A DNA stretch of 64,000 nt. It comes from an uncultured Acidobacteriota bacterium. GTDB lineage: Bacteria; Acidobacteriota; Vicinamibacteria; Marinacidobacterales; DATDRI01. Both the position numbers and the translations under genes were made by a program. The first letter of the stretch is position 1. Every line of letters begins with the position of its first letter. The stretch lies in contig CAVROO010000016.1 in assembly GCA_963722765.1 (NCBI GenBank), positions 123,075-187,074 on the forward strand, given 5' to 3'. The notes beneath the pieces were generated by a model. The model was not told the origin of the DNA. It saw only the letters and a list, made by a program, of their open reading frames with translations, and ran no database searches. Below are positions 1 to 11,023 of this stretch, piece by piece.

Positions 1-965
1 ATGACATCGGCGCCCGTGGCGACCCGGAGGCCTTCAATGAGCGAGTCTCTCAGGTCCGTTCGGCCGAAGCTGGAATCGGGATCGATCTCGTGAACGTTGC
101 CGGATTGAAATTTCTGAAAATCGGAATCCACGTTTTTTAGGCCGGTTCCGGTAATGAAGTCGCTGTCAATCCCCTGGGAGAGCATGAGGACGATCTTCCG
201 TCCGGAAAACCGGTTCATAGCGGAATAAAGGTGATGAAACGTGTCGAGATAGTGGGCGGACTGGTTGGAGTAACGGTCTTCCGCCGATCGGTCCATTCGG
301 TCCTTCAGCGAGCGCATCGTGTCGGTCATGATTTCTTCGAACTCGTTTTCGTAGGAAGTGGGCTTGTCTCCAATACCTTCTCCATAAATCTCCAGCAGCG
401 GTGAGAAGCTGAATCCAATCGGATCCTGAATGGAGTGCACGGAGTTGACGAGTCCCAGGGTCTCGATGGCGTTTTCGGCCTGCATATGATCGGTGGTGAA
501 GTTACACAGAATCTTGAGACCGCCCACATCCGTGTAAGTGGCTACTGCAACGAGGTCGGTGGGGGCCACACGCTTGGTAACGAAATCCATGGCGGCTTTT
601 CTCGCACGTAGAATGCCCTGAGGCGTGGAGTAGAGCATGTCGAACATGAGCAGGAAGCTCCGCCTGAGCCCTGGATGTAGAGGTACCCGGTCCTTGAAGG
701 TCGAGAGGCGATCGTAAGAGATGGGCTCGAAGACCACAATCTCGCGAGCCTTGCCGTCTTCCTTGATGACGAAGTCTTCGAGGGTCAAGTCCATGATCGG
801 ATCGCCGTCGTCGTCCGTGACGAATACGGGAAGAGGAATGATCTGAACCTCCGACTCGAACCGGAATCCTTCGGGAAACTGTGGTTCTTGGGCCGTTTCC
901 TGTGATTCGAGGATTCCGCCGAAAAGCAAGACCACCGCCAGCGAGAGTGCCAATCGTTGAATCAC
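1..965 (-). CDS. VWA domain-containing protein (VWFA-related Acidobacterial type), exported; runs off the window start
   Basis: Read by hand, absent from the ORF track: GTG at 965 behind GAAGGAGG; MIQRLALSLAVVLLFGG signal peptide, then FRFESEVQIIPLPVFVTDDDGDPIMDLTLEDFVIKEDGK and later GRKIVLMLSQG, typical of this family; no stop before position 1. Confidence 0.8.
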   Translation of the reverse strand, partial: MIQRLALSLAVVLLFGGILESQETAQEPQFPEGFRFESEVQIIPLPVFVTDDDGDPIMDLTLEDFVIKEDGKAREIVVFEPISYDRLSTFKDRVPLHPGLRRSFLLMFDMLYSTPQGILRARKAAMDFVTKRVAPTDLVAVATYTDVGGLKILCNFTTDHMQAENAIETLGLVNSVHSIQDPIGFSFSPLLEIYGEGIGDKPTSYENEFEEIMTDTMRSLKDRMDRSAEDRYSNQSAHYLDTFHHLYSAMNRFSGRKIVLMLSQGIDSDFITGTGLKNVDSDFQKFQSGNVHEIDPDSSFGRTDLRDSLIEGLRVATGADV

Positions 966-1077
966 GACCCCTCCTTCGGGTTTCGTTTTGAAACCCGGGA
1001 CCTCCATGGAACACCTGCGGGACTCCGCCCGCTCCGAGCATGTTGCACATCCTTCGGGCGCGCGTCAAATGATAAAA

Positions 1078-1115
1078 AAGAACTCGAGGACTCGAGAACT
1101 CAAGAACTCGAGGAT
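1078..1115. repeat. Imperfect 8-bp tandem repeat (GAACTCGA/GGACTCGA/GAACTCAA)
   Basis: gaactcga-ggactcga-gaactcaa-gaactcga, the same unit found in the dispersed composite element. Confidence 0.75.
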
Positions 1116-1199
1116 CTGAAGAGGAGAACTTGGGAAGATTCTCGAGTCTTGATCCGGTCCATCTTGCTGTGATAGCTTGCGCCGGATCGAGGCAAAACC

Positions 1200-1781
1200 G
1201 TGGATTTTCATGGCTCGTTGGACGAGTTTCACATCCCCGACATCATCCAATTCTTGAGTGGCGCCGGGAAGACCGGTGTTCTCCGTTTGACTTCTGAGGA
1301 TTGGGAGGGCGTTATCTTTCTCGAGGGCGGCCGGGTCAAGCATGCCGCCTTCAGTGACCTCGAGGGAGAGGAAGCCGTTTACGAGCTCATGTTGCTCGCG
1401 CACGGAAACTTCGACTTCGAGCCCGAGGTGGCCACCGAGGCCTCTTCGGTGACCCGGGGCAATACGAACCTTCTGATCGAGGCGGCTCGCCGCAAGGACG
1501 AATGGAAGCTCATCCGTGAGCGTGTCCCTCACGTCGAGTGGATTCCCGAGTTCGTCCTTCCCGACCCGGACGATACGGGCAAGCAAATCACTCTCAATAC
1601 GAGCGAATGGGTCATCCTGTCCAAGATCGATGGTGTCCACACCGTGAAGGAAATCGCTCAAACCTGCAAGCTTTCCGTTTTCCAGACCTGCCGTTTACTG
1701 TATAGCCTGGTATCGACTGGATTCATCCGTCTCCGGGAACCGGAGCCGCCCAAGGAAGGGGCCAACCGCTTCCCCGACTAA
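1200..1781 (+). CDS. DUF4388 (PatA N-terminal-like) domain protein with C-terminal HTH-like region
   Basis: GSLDEFHIPDIIQFLSGAGKTGVLRL...GVIFLEGGRVKHA...EGEEAVYELM...GNFDF matches the DUF4388 pattern. Confidence 0.8.
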   Translation: MDFHGSLDEFHIPDIIQFLSGAGKTGVLRLTSEDWEGVIFLEGGRVKHAAFSDLEGEEAVYELMLLAHGNFDFEPEVATEASSVTRGNTNLLIEAARRKDEWKLIRERVPHVEWIPEFVLPDPDDTGKQITLNTSEWVILSKIDGVHTVKEIAQTCKLSVFQTCRLLYSLVSTGFIRLREPEPPKEGANRFPD

Positions 1782-1854
1782 ATCCTGATACCGACGGCGA
1801 ACGCCGTCCTCCCGCTCCATTCTGAGTCCTCGAGTTCTTGAGTCCTTGAGTTCT
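1777..1854 (+). repeat. Composite dispersed element (ACTAAATCCTGA end + GACGGCG/CGCCGTC hairpin + 7/8-bp tandem tail)
   Basis: Close reverse-complement match to 35311-35383 and similar to 42857-42943; its TAA is the stop codon of the DUF4388 gene. Confidence 0.8.
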
Positions 1855-1914
1855 GTTTTTTTCCGGCGCATTTATCCCGGCAGCGCCGCGTCCGGCTTGG
1901 TATGATAGCTTCTT

Positions 1915-2944
1915 ATGAACGAGCGATTTTTGAGAGCCTGTCGGCGGGAGCCGGTGGACCGCACGCCGGTGTGGTTCATGCGGCAAGCGGGCCGTTACAT
2001 GGCCGAGTATCGAAAAATCCGCAAGAAGCATTCCATGCTCGAAATTTGCCGGCAGCCGGAACTGATCGTCGAGGTCACCCTTCAGCCCATCGAACGTTTG
2101 GATGTCGATGCGGCCATTATCTTCTCCGACCTGCTGATTCCCCTCATCCCCATGGGGATCTCATTGGATTACGTAGAAGGAGAGGGCCCTCGCATCGAGA
2201 ATCCCGTAACATCAGCGAAGGACGTGGACCAGCTTCGTCGATTTGAGCCGCGGGACGAGCTCGATTACGTTCTCGACTCTATCCGCCTCACGAGAAAGGA
2301 GCTCGAAGGGCGCGTACCGCTCATCGGGTTCGCGGGTGCGCCGTTCACACTGGCCTCTTATCTCATCGAAGGAGGATCGTCTCGTTCCTTCGTGAAGACC
2401 AAAACCTTCATGTACTCGGAACCGAAGGTGTGGCATCGACTTGCTTCCAAGCTGGCCGACTGCATCCGCGACTACCTGTTGGCGCAGGTCGAGGCGGGCG
2501 CCCACGCCGTTCAGGTCTTTGATTCCTGGGTTGGAGTCCTGTCACCGGAAGACTACCGGGAATTCGTGCTCCCCCACAGCCGGAAGGTTTTGGAGGGGGT
2601 TCGGTCGGCGGGTGCGCCGGTCATTCATTTCGGCACTGGAACGTCCGGCCTTCTTGGTCTCCTCAAAGAGGCAGGCGGTGATGTCATCGGCCTCGATTGG
2701 AGAATCGATCTCGGACCAGGGATGGGATATCCTCGGCGGTGACGTGGCCGTCCAGGGGAATTTGGACCCGCACCTTCTCTTCGGCCCACTCGATATGGTC
2801 CGGCGGCGTACGGATGACATATTGGCCCGCGCGGCTTCACGGAACGGGCACATCTTCAATTTGGGCCACGGTATTCTGCCCAAAACACCGGTAGACACCG
2901 TTGCCGCTATCGTCGAGCACGTTCACCAGGCGACCGAACGATGA
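1915..2944 (+). CDS. hemE: Uroporphyrinogen decarboxylase (one apparent indel near 2713)
   Basis: [29 protein letters not shown] in ORF 1915-2742; VQGNLDP and HIFNLGHGI in ORF 2441-2944. Confidence 0.93.
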
Positions 2945-3828
2945 TCGGCGTACTCATGATGGCGCACGGGACGCCGGAGCGCCTCGACCAAATGGAGGAA
3001 TACCTCTCCCGCGTTCGTGGCGGGCGTCGCCCAACGCCTGAGCTTCTGAAAGAGATGACCGGGAATTACCGGGCCATCGGTGGGCGTTCCCCTCTGACCG
3101 ATTTGACCGTGGCCCAGGGGCGTGCTCTCGAAGCCGTGCTCGGTGATCCCTACCGCGTCTTCGTTGGCATGCGGAACTGGCATCCCTTTATCGACGATGT
3201 CGTTCCGACCCTTCTCGAAATGGGAATAAAGAAAATAGTCGGTCTTCCGATGGCTCCGCAATTTTCAGAATTGAGTGTCGCCAAATACCTGAGCGTGCTC
3301 GAGAGTGCCGTTCCGAGCGGTTTTCCTCTCTTTTCCGTTCGGTCGTGGTACGACCATCCTGGGGTACTGGACGGCTTTGCGGCGCAGGCTCGGCGGGCGA
3401 TGGAAGAGCATGGGCCGGTCGATCGGATTGTGTTTACCGCCCACAGTCTTCCAGAACGGGTCAAGGATTCCGGGGACCCACCCTATCCGGCTCAGGTGCA
3501 GGCGACTGCCGAGGGTGTCGCGAATCGCCTAGGTTTCAGCCGATGGCAAATCGCTTATCAGAGTGCCGGGCGGACTCCCGAGCCTTGGCTGGGTCCCGAC
3601 CTCGTGGACGCCTTGAAGGATATGGTCTCCACGAGGTGTCGGCGAGTCTTAGTGGTACCGGTCGGATTCGTTTGTGACCACACCGAGATCCTCTTCGACA
3701 TCGATATTCAGGCGAAAGGCGCGGCACAAGAATTGGGGCTCGAGCTCGTGCGCTCCCCGTCTCTCAACTCATCTCCAATTTTCATCCGTGCCCTGGCGGA
3801 TATCGTTCGTAATCGCCTCGAGTCGTGA
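2941..3828 (+). CDS. hemH: Ferrochelatase
   Basis: [20 protein letters not shown]...[18 protein letters not shown]. Confidence 0.93.
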   Translation: MIGVLMMAHGTPERLDQMEEYLSRVRGGRRPTPELLKEMTGNYRAIGGRSPLTDLTVAQGRALEAVLGDPYRVFVGMRNWHPFIDDVVPTLLEMGIKKIVGLPMAPQFSELSVAKYLSVLESAVPSGFPLFSVRSWYDHPGVLDGFAAQARRAMEEHGPVDRIVFTAHSLPERVKDSGDPPYPAQVQATAEGVANRLGFSRWQIAYQSAGRTPEPWLGPDLVDALKDMVSTRCRRVLVVPVGFVCDHTEILFDIDIQAKGAAQELGLELVRSPSLNSSPIFIRALADIVRNRLES

Positions 3829-3829
3829 C

Positions 3830-5231
3830 GTGAAGCAGACTTCGGTGCTCATCATAGGCGGCGGGATCTCGGGGCTTGCTTGTGCTTACGAGCTCGGGCG
3901 GGGCTCCGTGGACTTCCTTCTTCTGGAGAAGCAGAAAAGGCTGGGCGGCACGATTCGAACCGAGAAGGTCGATGACTTCATCCTGGATACAGGTCCGGAT
4001 GCCTTTTTAACTCAGAAGCCGGAGGCGGTCGGGCTGTGCAAGGAGCTCGACCTCGAGTCGAGGCTCATTCCTACGAATCCGTCCAAGCGCAACGTTTTCG
4101 TGCTCCATCGAGGGGCATTGCACCCTCTTCCCGAGGGAATGGTCCTTACGGTTCCGACCCGCATTCTGCCCTTCGTTTCGTCGAGTTTGTTCTCGCCACT
4201 CGGCAAGTTGCGAATGGGCTTGGAGCTCTTCGTCCCCGCGCGTCGCGACGACGGAGAGGAATCCATCGGCTCGTTCGTGGAAAGGCGCCTGGGCCGGCAA
4301 GCACTGGAACGTCTCGCAGAACCTTTACTTGCCGGGATTCACTCCGGCACTCCGGACGGGTTGTCCATGGATCAGCTCTTTCCCCGTTTCGTTGCTCTCG
4401 AAAAAAAGCATGGCAGCCTCATTCGGGGGATGCGAAAGATGAGACCGAGGCGGGGAAAAGGTTCGAGCGGAACCATGTTCATGTCACTCGCCGGAGGGAT
4501 GGTGGAGATGGTGGAGGCTCTTCGGGAGCGGTTGCCGGAGGAATCGATCGTGTGCGGCCAAAAGGTCTGCCGTTTATCTCGAGACGGGCGGCAGTACCGC
4601 GCGGAGACCACCTCGGGAGAAATCTTCCGAGCCGATGCCGTCGTTTTGAGCATGCCGTTACATGTCACCCGAGGGATTACCGGAAAGCCTCTCCTCCGAG
4701 CTTTCCTCTGCTCTCGAGAAGCACCGGTCGGTCTCGACGGCGATCGTTTTTCTCGCTTTTCCCAAAGGCGGTGTCCGACATCCTCTGAACGGATACGGTT
4801 TCGTCGTGCCGGCGTCGGAAGGTCGGCGTATCGCCGCCGGAACCTTTATTTCAACCAAGTTTCCGAACCGCTCTCCCGAGTCCCACGTTCTCATGCGGGC
4901 TTTTTTAGGCGGTGCGCGGGACTCGGCGGTGTTGACCCTGGCAGACGATGAGCTGGTCAAGCTGGCACGTACCGAGCTGGGTGAGATCCTCGGAGGTTTG
5001 CCCGCACCCACACTCTCACGGGTTTACCGGTGGGATGAAGCGACACCCCAGGTCGAAGTGGGTCACGGCGAAAAGCTGGCGCGTTTGGATCGGATTCTAG
5101 AGGAGTTTCCGGGACTTCAAATCGTCGCCAACGGGCTTCGGGGCGTAGGGATTCCGGACTGCATCGCGGACGGGCGTCGCGCCGCACGGGAGATGGCCGA
5201 GCACCTGGCCTCTCGCCAAGAGCTCCAATAG
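3830..5231 (+). CDS. hemY: HemY-type protoporphyrinogen/coproporphyrinogen oxidase (indel near 4680)
   Basis: GTG start at 3830; IIGGGISGL FAD motif, LDTGPDAF, GYGFVVP, C-terminal GVGIPDCI in ORF 4662-5231. Confidence 0.9.
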
Positions 5232-5254
5232 AAAAGGCCGCTCGAAAGCGGCCT
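5232..5254 (-). terminator. Intrinsic terminator hairpin between hemY and tRNA-Gln
   Basis: AGGCCGCT-CGAA-AGCGGCCT preceded by an A run, which reads as a U tract on the minus strand. Confidence 0.65.
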
Positions 5255-5294
5255 CGAGAATTCAAGGATGACCGAAAGGGGATGAGTCTTTTTT

Positions 5295-5368
5295 TGGCTG
5301 GGAAGCAGGGATTCGAACCCCGATCCCGTGGTCCAGAGCCACGTGTCCTGCCGTTGGACGACTTCCCA
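5295..5368 (-). tRNA. tRNA-Gln(CTG)
   Basis: Reverse complement TGGGAAGTCGTCCAACGGCAGGACACGTGGCT-CTG-GACCACG...GGTTCGAATCC...CCCAG-CCA forms a cloverleaf with encoded CCA. Confidence 0.96.
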
Positions 5369-5385
5369 ACCGCGATTGCATAGTC

Positions 5386-5415
5386 AGCATAGCTAGAAGA
5401 CCCGCCCCTTGTCAA
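5386..5415 (-). promoter_or_regulatory. Sigma70-type promoter for tRNA-Gln
   Basis: TTGACA-N18-TATGCT on the minus strand, just upstream of the tRNA. Confidence 0.65.
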
Positions 5416-5513
5416 CGACGGATCTACTCGAAGGATTGACTTTGTTAAGTTGTTGCAGTAAATAGAGTTAGTCGGCAAAGTCGCGCCGGGCATGTGTGCG
5501 CCTATGTAAGGTG

Positions 5514-5608
5514 TGGCGGAGAGGGAGGGATTCGAACCCTCGATGCAGGCTCATCACCCGCATAACTGCTTAGCAGGCAGCCCTGTTCAGCCACTCCAGC
5601 ACCTCTCC
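5514..5608 (-). tRNA. tRNA-Ser(GCT)
   Basis: GGAGAGGTGCTGGAGTGGCTGAAC...CTGCCT-GCT-AAGCAG, long variable arm, GGTTCGAATCC, CCA end. Confidence 0.95.
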
Positions 5609-5698
5609 GTCCGATGTGCCCTGGCGAGAAAGGGCGGCGCACCGTTCGGGCATTATAGCACCGACGGAGCCTGCGATGAACCCGGATGGTCGGAACGA

Positions 5699-6249
5699 TC
5701 AGCCTGATTCGAGCTCGAAATTCTTCCTCCAGGATGCTCATAACGACGATGTCGTGATAATGGCCTTCTCGGAAGAAGGCTTCGCGCAATCGTCCCTCTT
5801 CCTTGAAGCCGCATTTACGATAAGACTCAATGGCCCTGCCGTTGAAATCGAAAACGCGTAGAAAGACTCGGTGTAGATTGAGCTCGTTGAAGCAGAAGGC
5901 CAGCAGTAGCTCCATGGCTTCTGTCCCGTAGCCTTTGCCCAGTTTCTCCGGTTCGCCTATGTAGATACCGATCTCGGCAGCGCGGTTCGGCCAGTCGATG
6001 TTGTGGCACCCCGTGACCCCAATGCTCGATGCGTCGGCCCTAAGAGTGATGACGAACGCACGGTTGAGCGGATCGGCGCGCGCCATCTGTACTTCCACGT
6101 ACGTTTCGGTCTCCCGCAGCGTTTTGGGCAAAAACGCCGTCCACGAGGTAGCGGGTAATCTCGGGTCGCCGAAGCCAGCCGTAGATCGATTGAGTGTCTT
6201 CAATTAGAAAATCGCGAAGCGCGATCCGCTTTCCTTCGAGAGGAGGCAA
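5699..6249 (-). CDS. GNAT N-acetyltransferase, RimJ/RimL family (indel near 6130; 3' end uncertain)
   Basis: LEGKRIALRDF in ORF 6040-6249; AEIGIYIGE...GKGYGTEAM...FNELNLHRV...NGRAIESYRKCGFKEEGRLRE in ORF 5502-6203. Confidence 0.85.
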
Positions 6250-6264
6250 AGTCGCTCCTGATGG

Positions 6265-7233
6265 CTACTGAGACCCGTCCAGTTCGGCTAGTCGCGATTT
6301 GGCCGTTTGAACACCGGGCAAAGACGGGTCATCCCAGTGGGCAAGGAATTTCTTGAAGTACTCTATCGCCTCGTCGGATTTGTCCTGGGCGTCCAAAGTC
6401 CGAGCCAGTCCGAGTAGAGACATAACGTAGGAAAGAGGAATGTCGAGACGCTCGTCGCTACTCGTGACGATCTCGCGATAAACAGTTTCGGCCGCGGCTC
6501 GGTCGTCGAGGGCGAGATAAGCTCGCGCCTTGGTCTCGCGGTACAAAGGATGAGGGAAGAGCTCGATCGCTTTATCGACCTGTGAAAGTGCGCTTTTGGG
6601 CCGTTCTTGCAATAATGCGAGCTCGGCCTGCAGATGATGAACCCGTCTCATCTGCGAGGCCTGTCTCGATTTCACCGTTTTTTGAAGGTCCTCGATTTGG
6701 TAGCGGAGGCTTCCCGCATCGCCTTGACGAGCCGCCATGACACCCGCAAGGTGCAGGGCGTTGAGATCGTTCGGGTCTAGCGCTAGGGCCTCCAGAAAAG
6801 CTTCGTTGGCCTCACCGAATCGATGAAGCTCGGTCTCGATATGACCCCGGTACCAGGTTGCTTGGACCCGGGCCGACGGATCCTCTGCCGCCTGGGCTGC
6901 CTCTGCGAGCTCGTCGAGCTCCTCGAGGCTGTCGTCGATTGCGCCGATATAAAGGTGGGTTCGTCCTACCCATCGGACCGACTCGATTTTCCAACGCGGG
7001 TCGGACGACTGAGCGAGTTTTTTGTAGACGTCGATGGCTTCCCGGTATCGGCCTGCGAGGGCCAAGGTGTGGCCGAGCTCGAGCCGCGCCTCCGCGAGCG
7101 CGGGTTGGGCTGTGAGAATCTGTTCGAACGAGGCGATCGCTTCGTCGAAACGGCCCTCCTGACGAGCTTCCTTCGCGGTTTCGAGGTCCGGTTGAACAAG
7201 AAGGAGTAAGCTGCAAAGTATCGAGGTCATCAT
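6265..7233 (-). CDS. Exported tetratricopeptide repeat protein
   Basis: Hydrophobic N-terminus followed by several TPR units (GRFDEAIASFEQIL, ARLELGHTLALAGRYREAI, DPNDLNALHLAG). Confidence 0.8.
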   Translation of the reverse strand: MMTSILCSLLLLVQPDLETAKEARQEGRFDEAIASFEQILTAQPALAEARLELGHTLALAGRYREAIDVYKKLAQSSDPRWKIESVRWVGRTHLYIGAIDDSLEELDELAEAAQAAEDPSARVQATWYRGHIETELHRFGEANEAFLEALALDPNDLNALHLAGVMAARQGDAGSLRYQIEDLQKTVKSRQASQMRRVHHLQAELALLQERPKSALSQVDKAIELFPHPLYRETKARAYLALDDRAAAETVYREIVTSSDERLDIPLSYVMSLLGLARTLDAQDKSDEAIEYFKKFLAHWDDPSLPGVQTAKSRLAELDGSQ

Positions 7234-7386
7234 GATGCTCAGGATAATAACACCAGGCCTTGTGAGTCAATAAGTGGAAGAGCTGGAGCGGTTGGGCCCG
7301 GGAATCTCCTTCGAACTTGCCAAGCGCGATAAGATACCCGGTTCGACTCGAAAGACGAGTTGATGGATCACTACTAGGAGGCTTTC

Positions 7387-8625
7387 TTGAGCGAGATGTT
7401 GCCGCAGCTTCGGGGGGCACTCGATATCTTGCCTTCGCCGGTACCGGACCGGCCGGGGCTCATTCTCAGAGATCCGTTCCGCTACTGCGAAGAGATGCTT
7501 CTGATTCCATCGGCCTGGGTTCCGGTTCTGTCGTGTCTCGACGGAAAACACACCGGCCGGGACGCCCAAGAGTTGCTCGTTCGTCACGGAGGCGGGGAAC
7601 TGGTCTACAGCGAGCAGATACAAGGGTTCGTATCTATGCTCAGGGAGCATGGATATCTGGAGACTCGAGAGTTCTTCGATCTCAAGGACAAAAAACACGC
7701 CGAGTTTCGCGCCTCCAGGAAGCGCGAACCGCTTCACGCCGGTGAAGCCTACCCAAACGATGCGAAGCGTTTGCGGGAGGTCTTCGACCCTCATTTTTCA
7801 GAGAGCCATGCCTCTCACGATGAAGCCGGGAGTCTGATCGGGCTTGCCGCACCTCACGTCAGCCTGGAAGGTGGTTGGAATTGCTACGCTTCCGCTTACG
7901 GTCGGCTCGATCCGTCGTGGGCCGACAAGACCTTCGTCATTCTGGGTACTTCCCACTATGGTCAACCGGATCGGTTCGGCTTGACCCGCAAATCCTTCGC
8001 TACCCCCTTAGGTCCAGTGGAGGTGGACCAGCCGGCCGTTGATTTTCTAATAGAGAATGCCGCGGATGGAGTGGAAGTCGAAGATTACTGTCATGCCGTC
8101 GAGCACTCCATCGAATTTCAAGTGGTTTTGTTGCGATACCGATTGGGAGTGTCCGTCAAGATCGTTCCCATCCTCTGTGGCCCGTTCTTTCAGAGTCGAC
8201 GCGACGGTCGTGGTGTGGAGGAAGGCGGCGAGCTCGAGCCCTTCTTCGACGCGTTGAGGAACCTTCACCGCGAGCGCTCGGGGCAGTTGTTTTACCTGCT
8301 CGGGATCGATCTGGCTCATATCGGCAAGCGGTACGGCGATCCTTTCTCGGTTCGGGCCGGAGAAGGAGCCATGCTCGAGGTGGAGTCGAGAGATCGTGAA
8401 CGCCTGGAAAAAGTTTGTGAGGCGGATGCCGACGGGTTTTGGGATCTCGTCCAGCCGCAGGCGGATCCGTTGAAGTGGTGCGGTTTTTCTCCTCTTTACA
8501 CATTCCTCACTGCCCTCGAGCCGGTGGTGTCTCTCGAGGGAAGCGTTCTTCAGTACCAGCAATGGAGCATTGACCCCGAGTCTGTAGTCAGCTTTGTGGG
8601 GATGGAGTTTCGGGAGAAAAAGTAG
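7387..8625 (+). CDS. amrB: AmmeMemoRadiSam system protein B (MEMO1 family) with N-terminal extension
   Basis: HAGEAYP, AAPH, ILGTSHY, FATPLG, HAVEHSIEFQ, IVPILCG, DLAHIGKRYGD, WCG. Confidence 0.85.
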   Translation: MSEMLPQLRGALDILPSPVPDRPGLILRDPFRYCEEMLLIPSAWVPVLSCLDGKHTGRDAQELLVRHGGGELVYSEQIQGFVSMLREHGYLETREFFDLKDKKHAEFRASRKREPLHAGEAYPNDAKRLREVFDPHFSESHASHDEAGSLIGLAAPHVSLEGGWNCYASAYGRLDPSWADKTFVILGTSHYGQPDRFGLTRKSFATPLGPVEVDQPAVDFLIENAADGVEVEDYCHAVEHSIEFQVVLLRYRLGVSVKIVPILCGPFFQSRRDGRGVEEGGELEPFFDALRNLHRERSGQLFYLLGIDLAHIGKRYGDPFSVRAGEGAMLEVESRDRERLEKVCEADADGFWDLVQPQADPLKWCGFSPLYTFLTALEPVVSLEGSVLQYQQWSIDPESVVSFVGMEFREKK

Positions 8626-8681
8626 CGCGGTGCCGCCCGCTTCCTCTGTCCTGCGCGCGGCGTGTGCCTAACGGTTGTTTG

Positions 8682-10952
8682 TCACTTCGCCTTGTTGACG
8701 GCCCTCAATAATTCGTTTGCCTGCCGCGAGTACACATCGAAGCTCCTTTTGTCTCCTGTTTTGACAAAAAGACGGAGCAAGGTCTGGTAGCCGAAGAGCG
8801 TTACTCCCCCTGCGGGGCTGCCCCGATACCCTTTTTACAGATGTCAATCGCTTCACCCAAGTTCGTCTCGGCTTCGAGATAGTAATTGGCGATCATGAAG
8901 TACGACATGTTGAACCGAGGATTGATATCGATCGTCTTCCGGTAGTATGGCACCGCTAGGTCGTATCTTCCCTGGTTTTTCAAAATGACCGCAATATTGA
9001 AGGCGGCTTTGTACTCGCTGGGGTTATTCTCGAGCTTCTTTTCATAATACTCGACCGCTTTGTCGAAATTTTTATTCGATTCTTCGATATGAGCCATTAC
9101 ATAGTAGGTGCCCTTGCTTTTGGGATTCATCGCCAAAGCACGCTCGAGGTAGGATTTCGCCGCAGTATGGTCACCCTTGAGGGCATGTACCTCACCAGCT
9201 TTGCTCAAGGACACGGAGTTGGGCTCGATATCAATGGACTTCTGCAGAAATTCGAGGGCTTGGTCAAGATCGCGCTTGTAGAAATGAGCGAATCCGAGCT
9301 CTTCGTAAAGCGTAGGATCGTTGGGAAACTTCTCGATAAACGCTTTTGCCCTCGAGATGGCGCGGTCGTAATTACCCATGTTGATGAGACAACTGACGAT
9401 GTCGATCATCGTAAAGTTGGCATCGGGCTTGAGCTCGAGGACACGCTCAAAGCTGTGAACCGCCTTCTGATAGTTGCCTTGTCGTTGCCGGATATTTCCC
9501 AGGAGAACGAGAGCTTCAACGAGATCCGGCTCGGCTTGCAGAACCTCGGTCGCCGCAGTAATCGCCTCGTCGTACCGTTGTCGTTCCAGACTGTCGGTGG
9601 CGCGTGAGAGGCGGTTGTAGATGTCGATTTTTTCCTTGGGATCGGCAAGCGCAGCACCGTCCGTCGAGTGCAATGTGGACGTCGCGTAGCCGAGTGCTCT
9701 GAGAGCTTCACGATCTTCACGGCTCAAGGGGGCCGTCAAGGTCTCGAGAGCATTCTCGGACTTTCGATCCACGAAGTCTCGGAGCTTATCTCTAATCTCT
9801 TTTTTTTGTGCGTTGAACGATGGATTAGTTACAAGGTTGGTTTGCTCTTGTATATCGTTGCTTATGCGGAACAGTTCCATTTCCGGAGCATCGATAAGTT
9901 TCAGGTCTTGGTGGTAGAGAGCTCTTAGCTCCGACCACCCGTAATGGAGCCGGGGATAGAATGTTTCCGTGTAAGCGACCGGGTCGTTGTCCTCACTCGT
10001 GCCGAACATGAGGCCCAACAACGAGTGGCCTTGAGAAAATCCGGACGGTACGTCCAAGGCCTCGAGAACGGTAGGAGCGAGGTCTACATGCTCGACGATC
10101 TCGCTGAACCCTTTTGACGGGAAATTCGAAGGGTGCCCGGATGATGAGAGGAACCGATACCGTTGGCTCGTAGACGAAAAAGCCATGCTCCCCCTCCCCG
10201 TGATGCCCGAGACTCTCTCCGTGATCGGCTGTCAGAATGATGAGGCTCTTGTCATAGAGACCCGTCTCTTTTAGAAATGAAAAAAGCTCGCCGATTGCGT
10301 GATCGGTGTACTCCACTTCGCCGCGATAAGACTCACCCACGTGCTTGTCGAACGGAGGGGGTGGGTCGTAGGGGGTGTGGGGATCAAAAAGATGGATCCA
10401 CGAAAAAAAGTGGTTGTCTTTGTGCGCTCTCAACCATTTTTTGGCAGACGCTACGACTTCGTCAGCTCTCTTCTCGTTTTGGAGGAATAGCCCCTTGTAA
10501 CGTGCTCGGTCGAAGTCGTCGGCGTAAGTATCGAATCCTTGGGCGAGCCCCCACTTCGAGTGTAGTACGTAAGCGGCTATAAATGCCGACGTATCGAGTC
10601 CCTTTCCTTTCAACGTCTCACTGACCAACTCCAATTCTTCGGGAACCACGAAGCCGCCGTTATCACGCACGCCGTGGTGTAAAGGGTAGGTGCCGGAGAG
10701 GATGGTCGTGTGTGAGGGAAGGGTCAGCGGTGTTTGAGCAATACAACGCTCGAACAAGACGCCCTCATCGGCCAAGCGATCCATGTTCGGGGTTCGAGCT
10801 TTGCCTCCGTAGGCCCCCACGTAATCCGCACGAAGCGTATCGATCGTAACAAGGATTACGTTGAAATCTCGAAGCTTTGTGAGATCATGAGTCTTGTTAA
10901 CCTGACAACCCATAGAGACGGAGAGCAAAAAGGCAATGACGAGGTTTTTCAT
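8682..10952 (-). CDS. Sulfatase-like (alkaline phosphatase superfamily) lipoprotein with C-terminal TPR array (indels near 10110 and 8810)
   Basis: Lipobox LSVSMGC; NVILVTIDTLRAD, PLTLPSH, WIHLFDPH, TADHGESLG..GE.EH; TPRs in ORF 8801-10186; last frame ends VNKAK-stop at 8682. Confidence 0.82.
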
Positions 10953-11023
10953 CAGATTGTGGCCGAGATGATCGCCTCTCACCTTTTTCCTCATTTGATC
11001 CTTACAAAACACCGCCAAAAAAA

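Noticed and set aside
5502-5698. GNAT ORF extending through tRNA-Ser(GCT)
   Set aside because: Homology ends at about SILEEEF; the read-through is probably due to an indel before the TGA at 5699.
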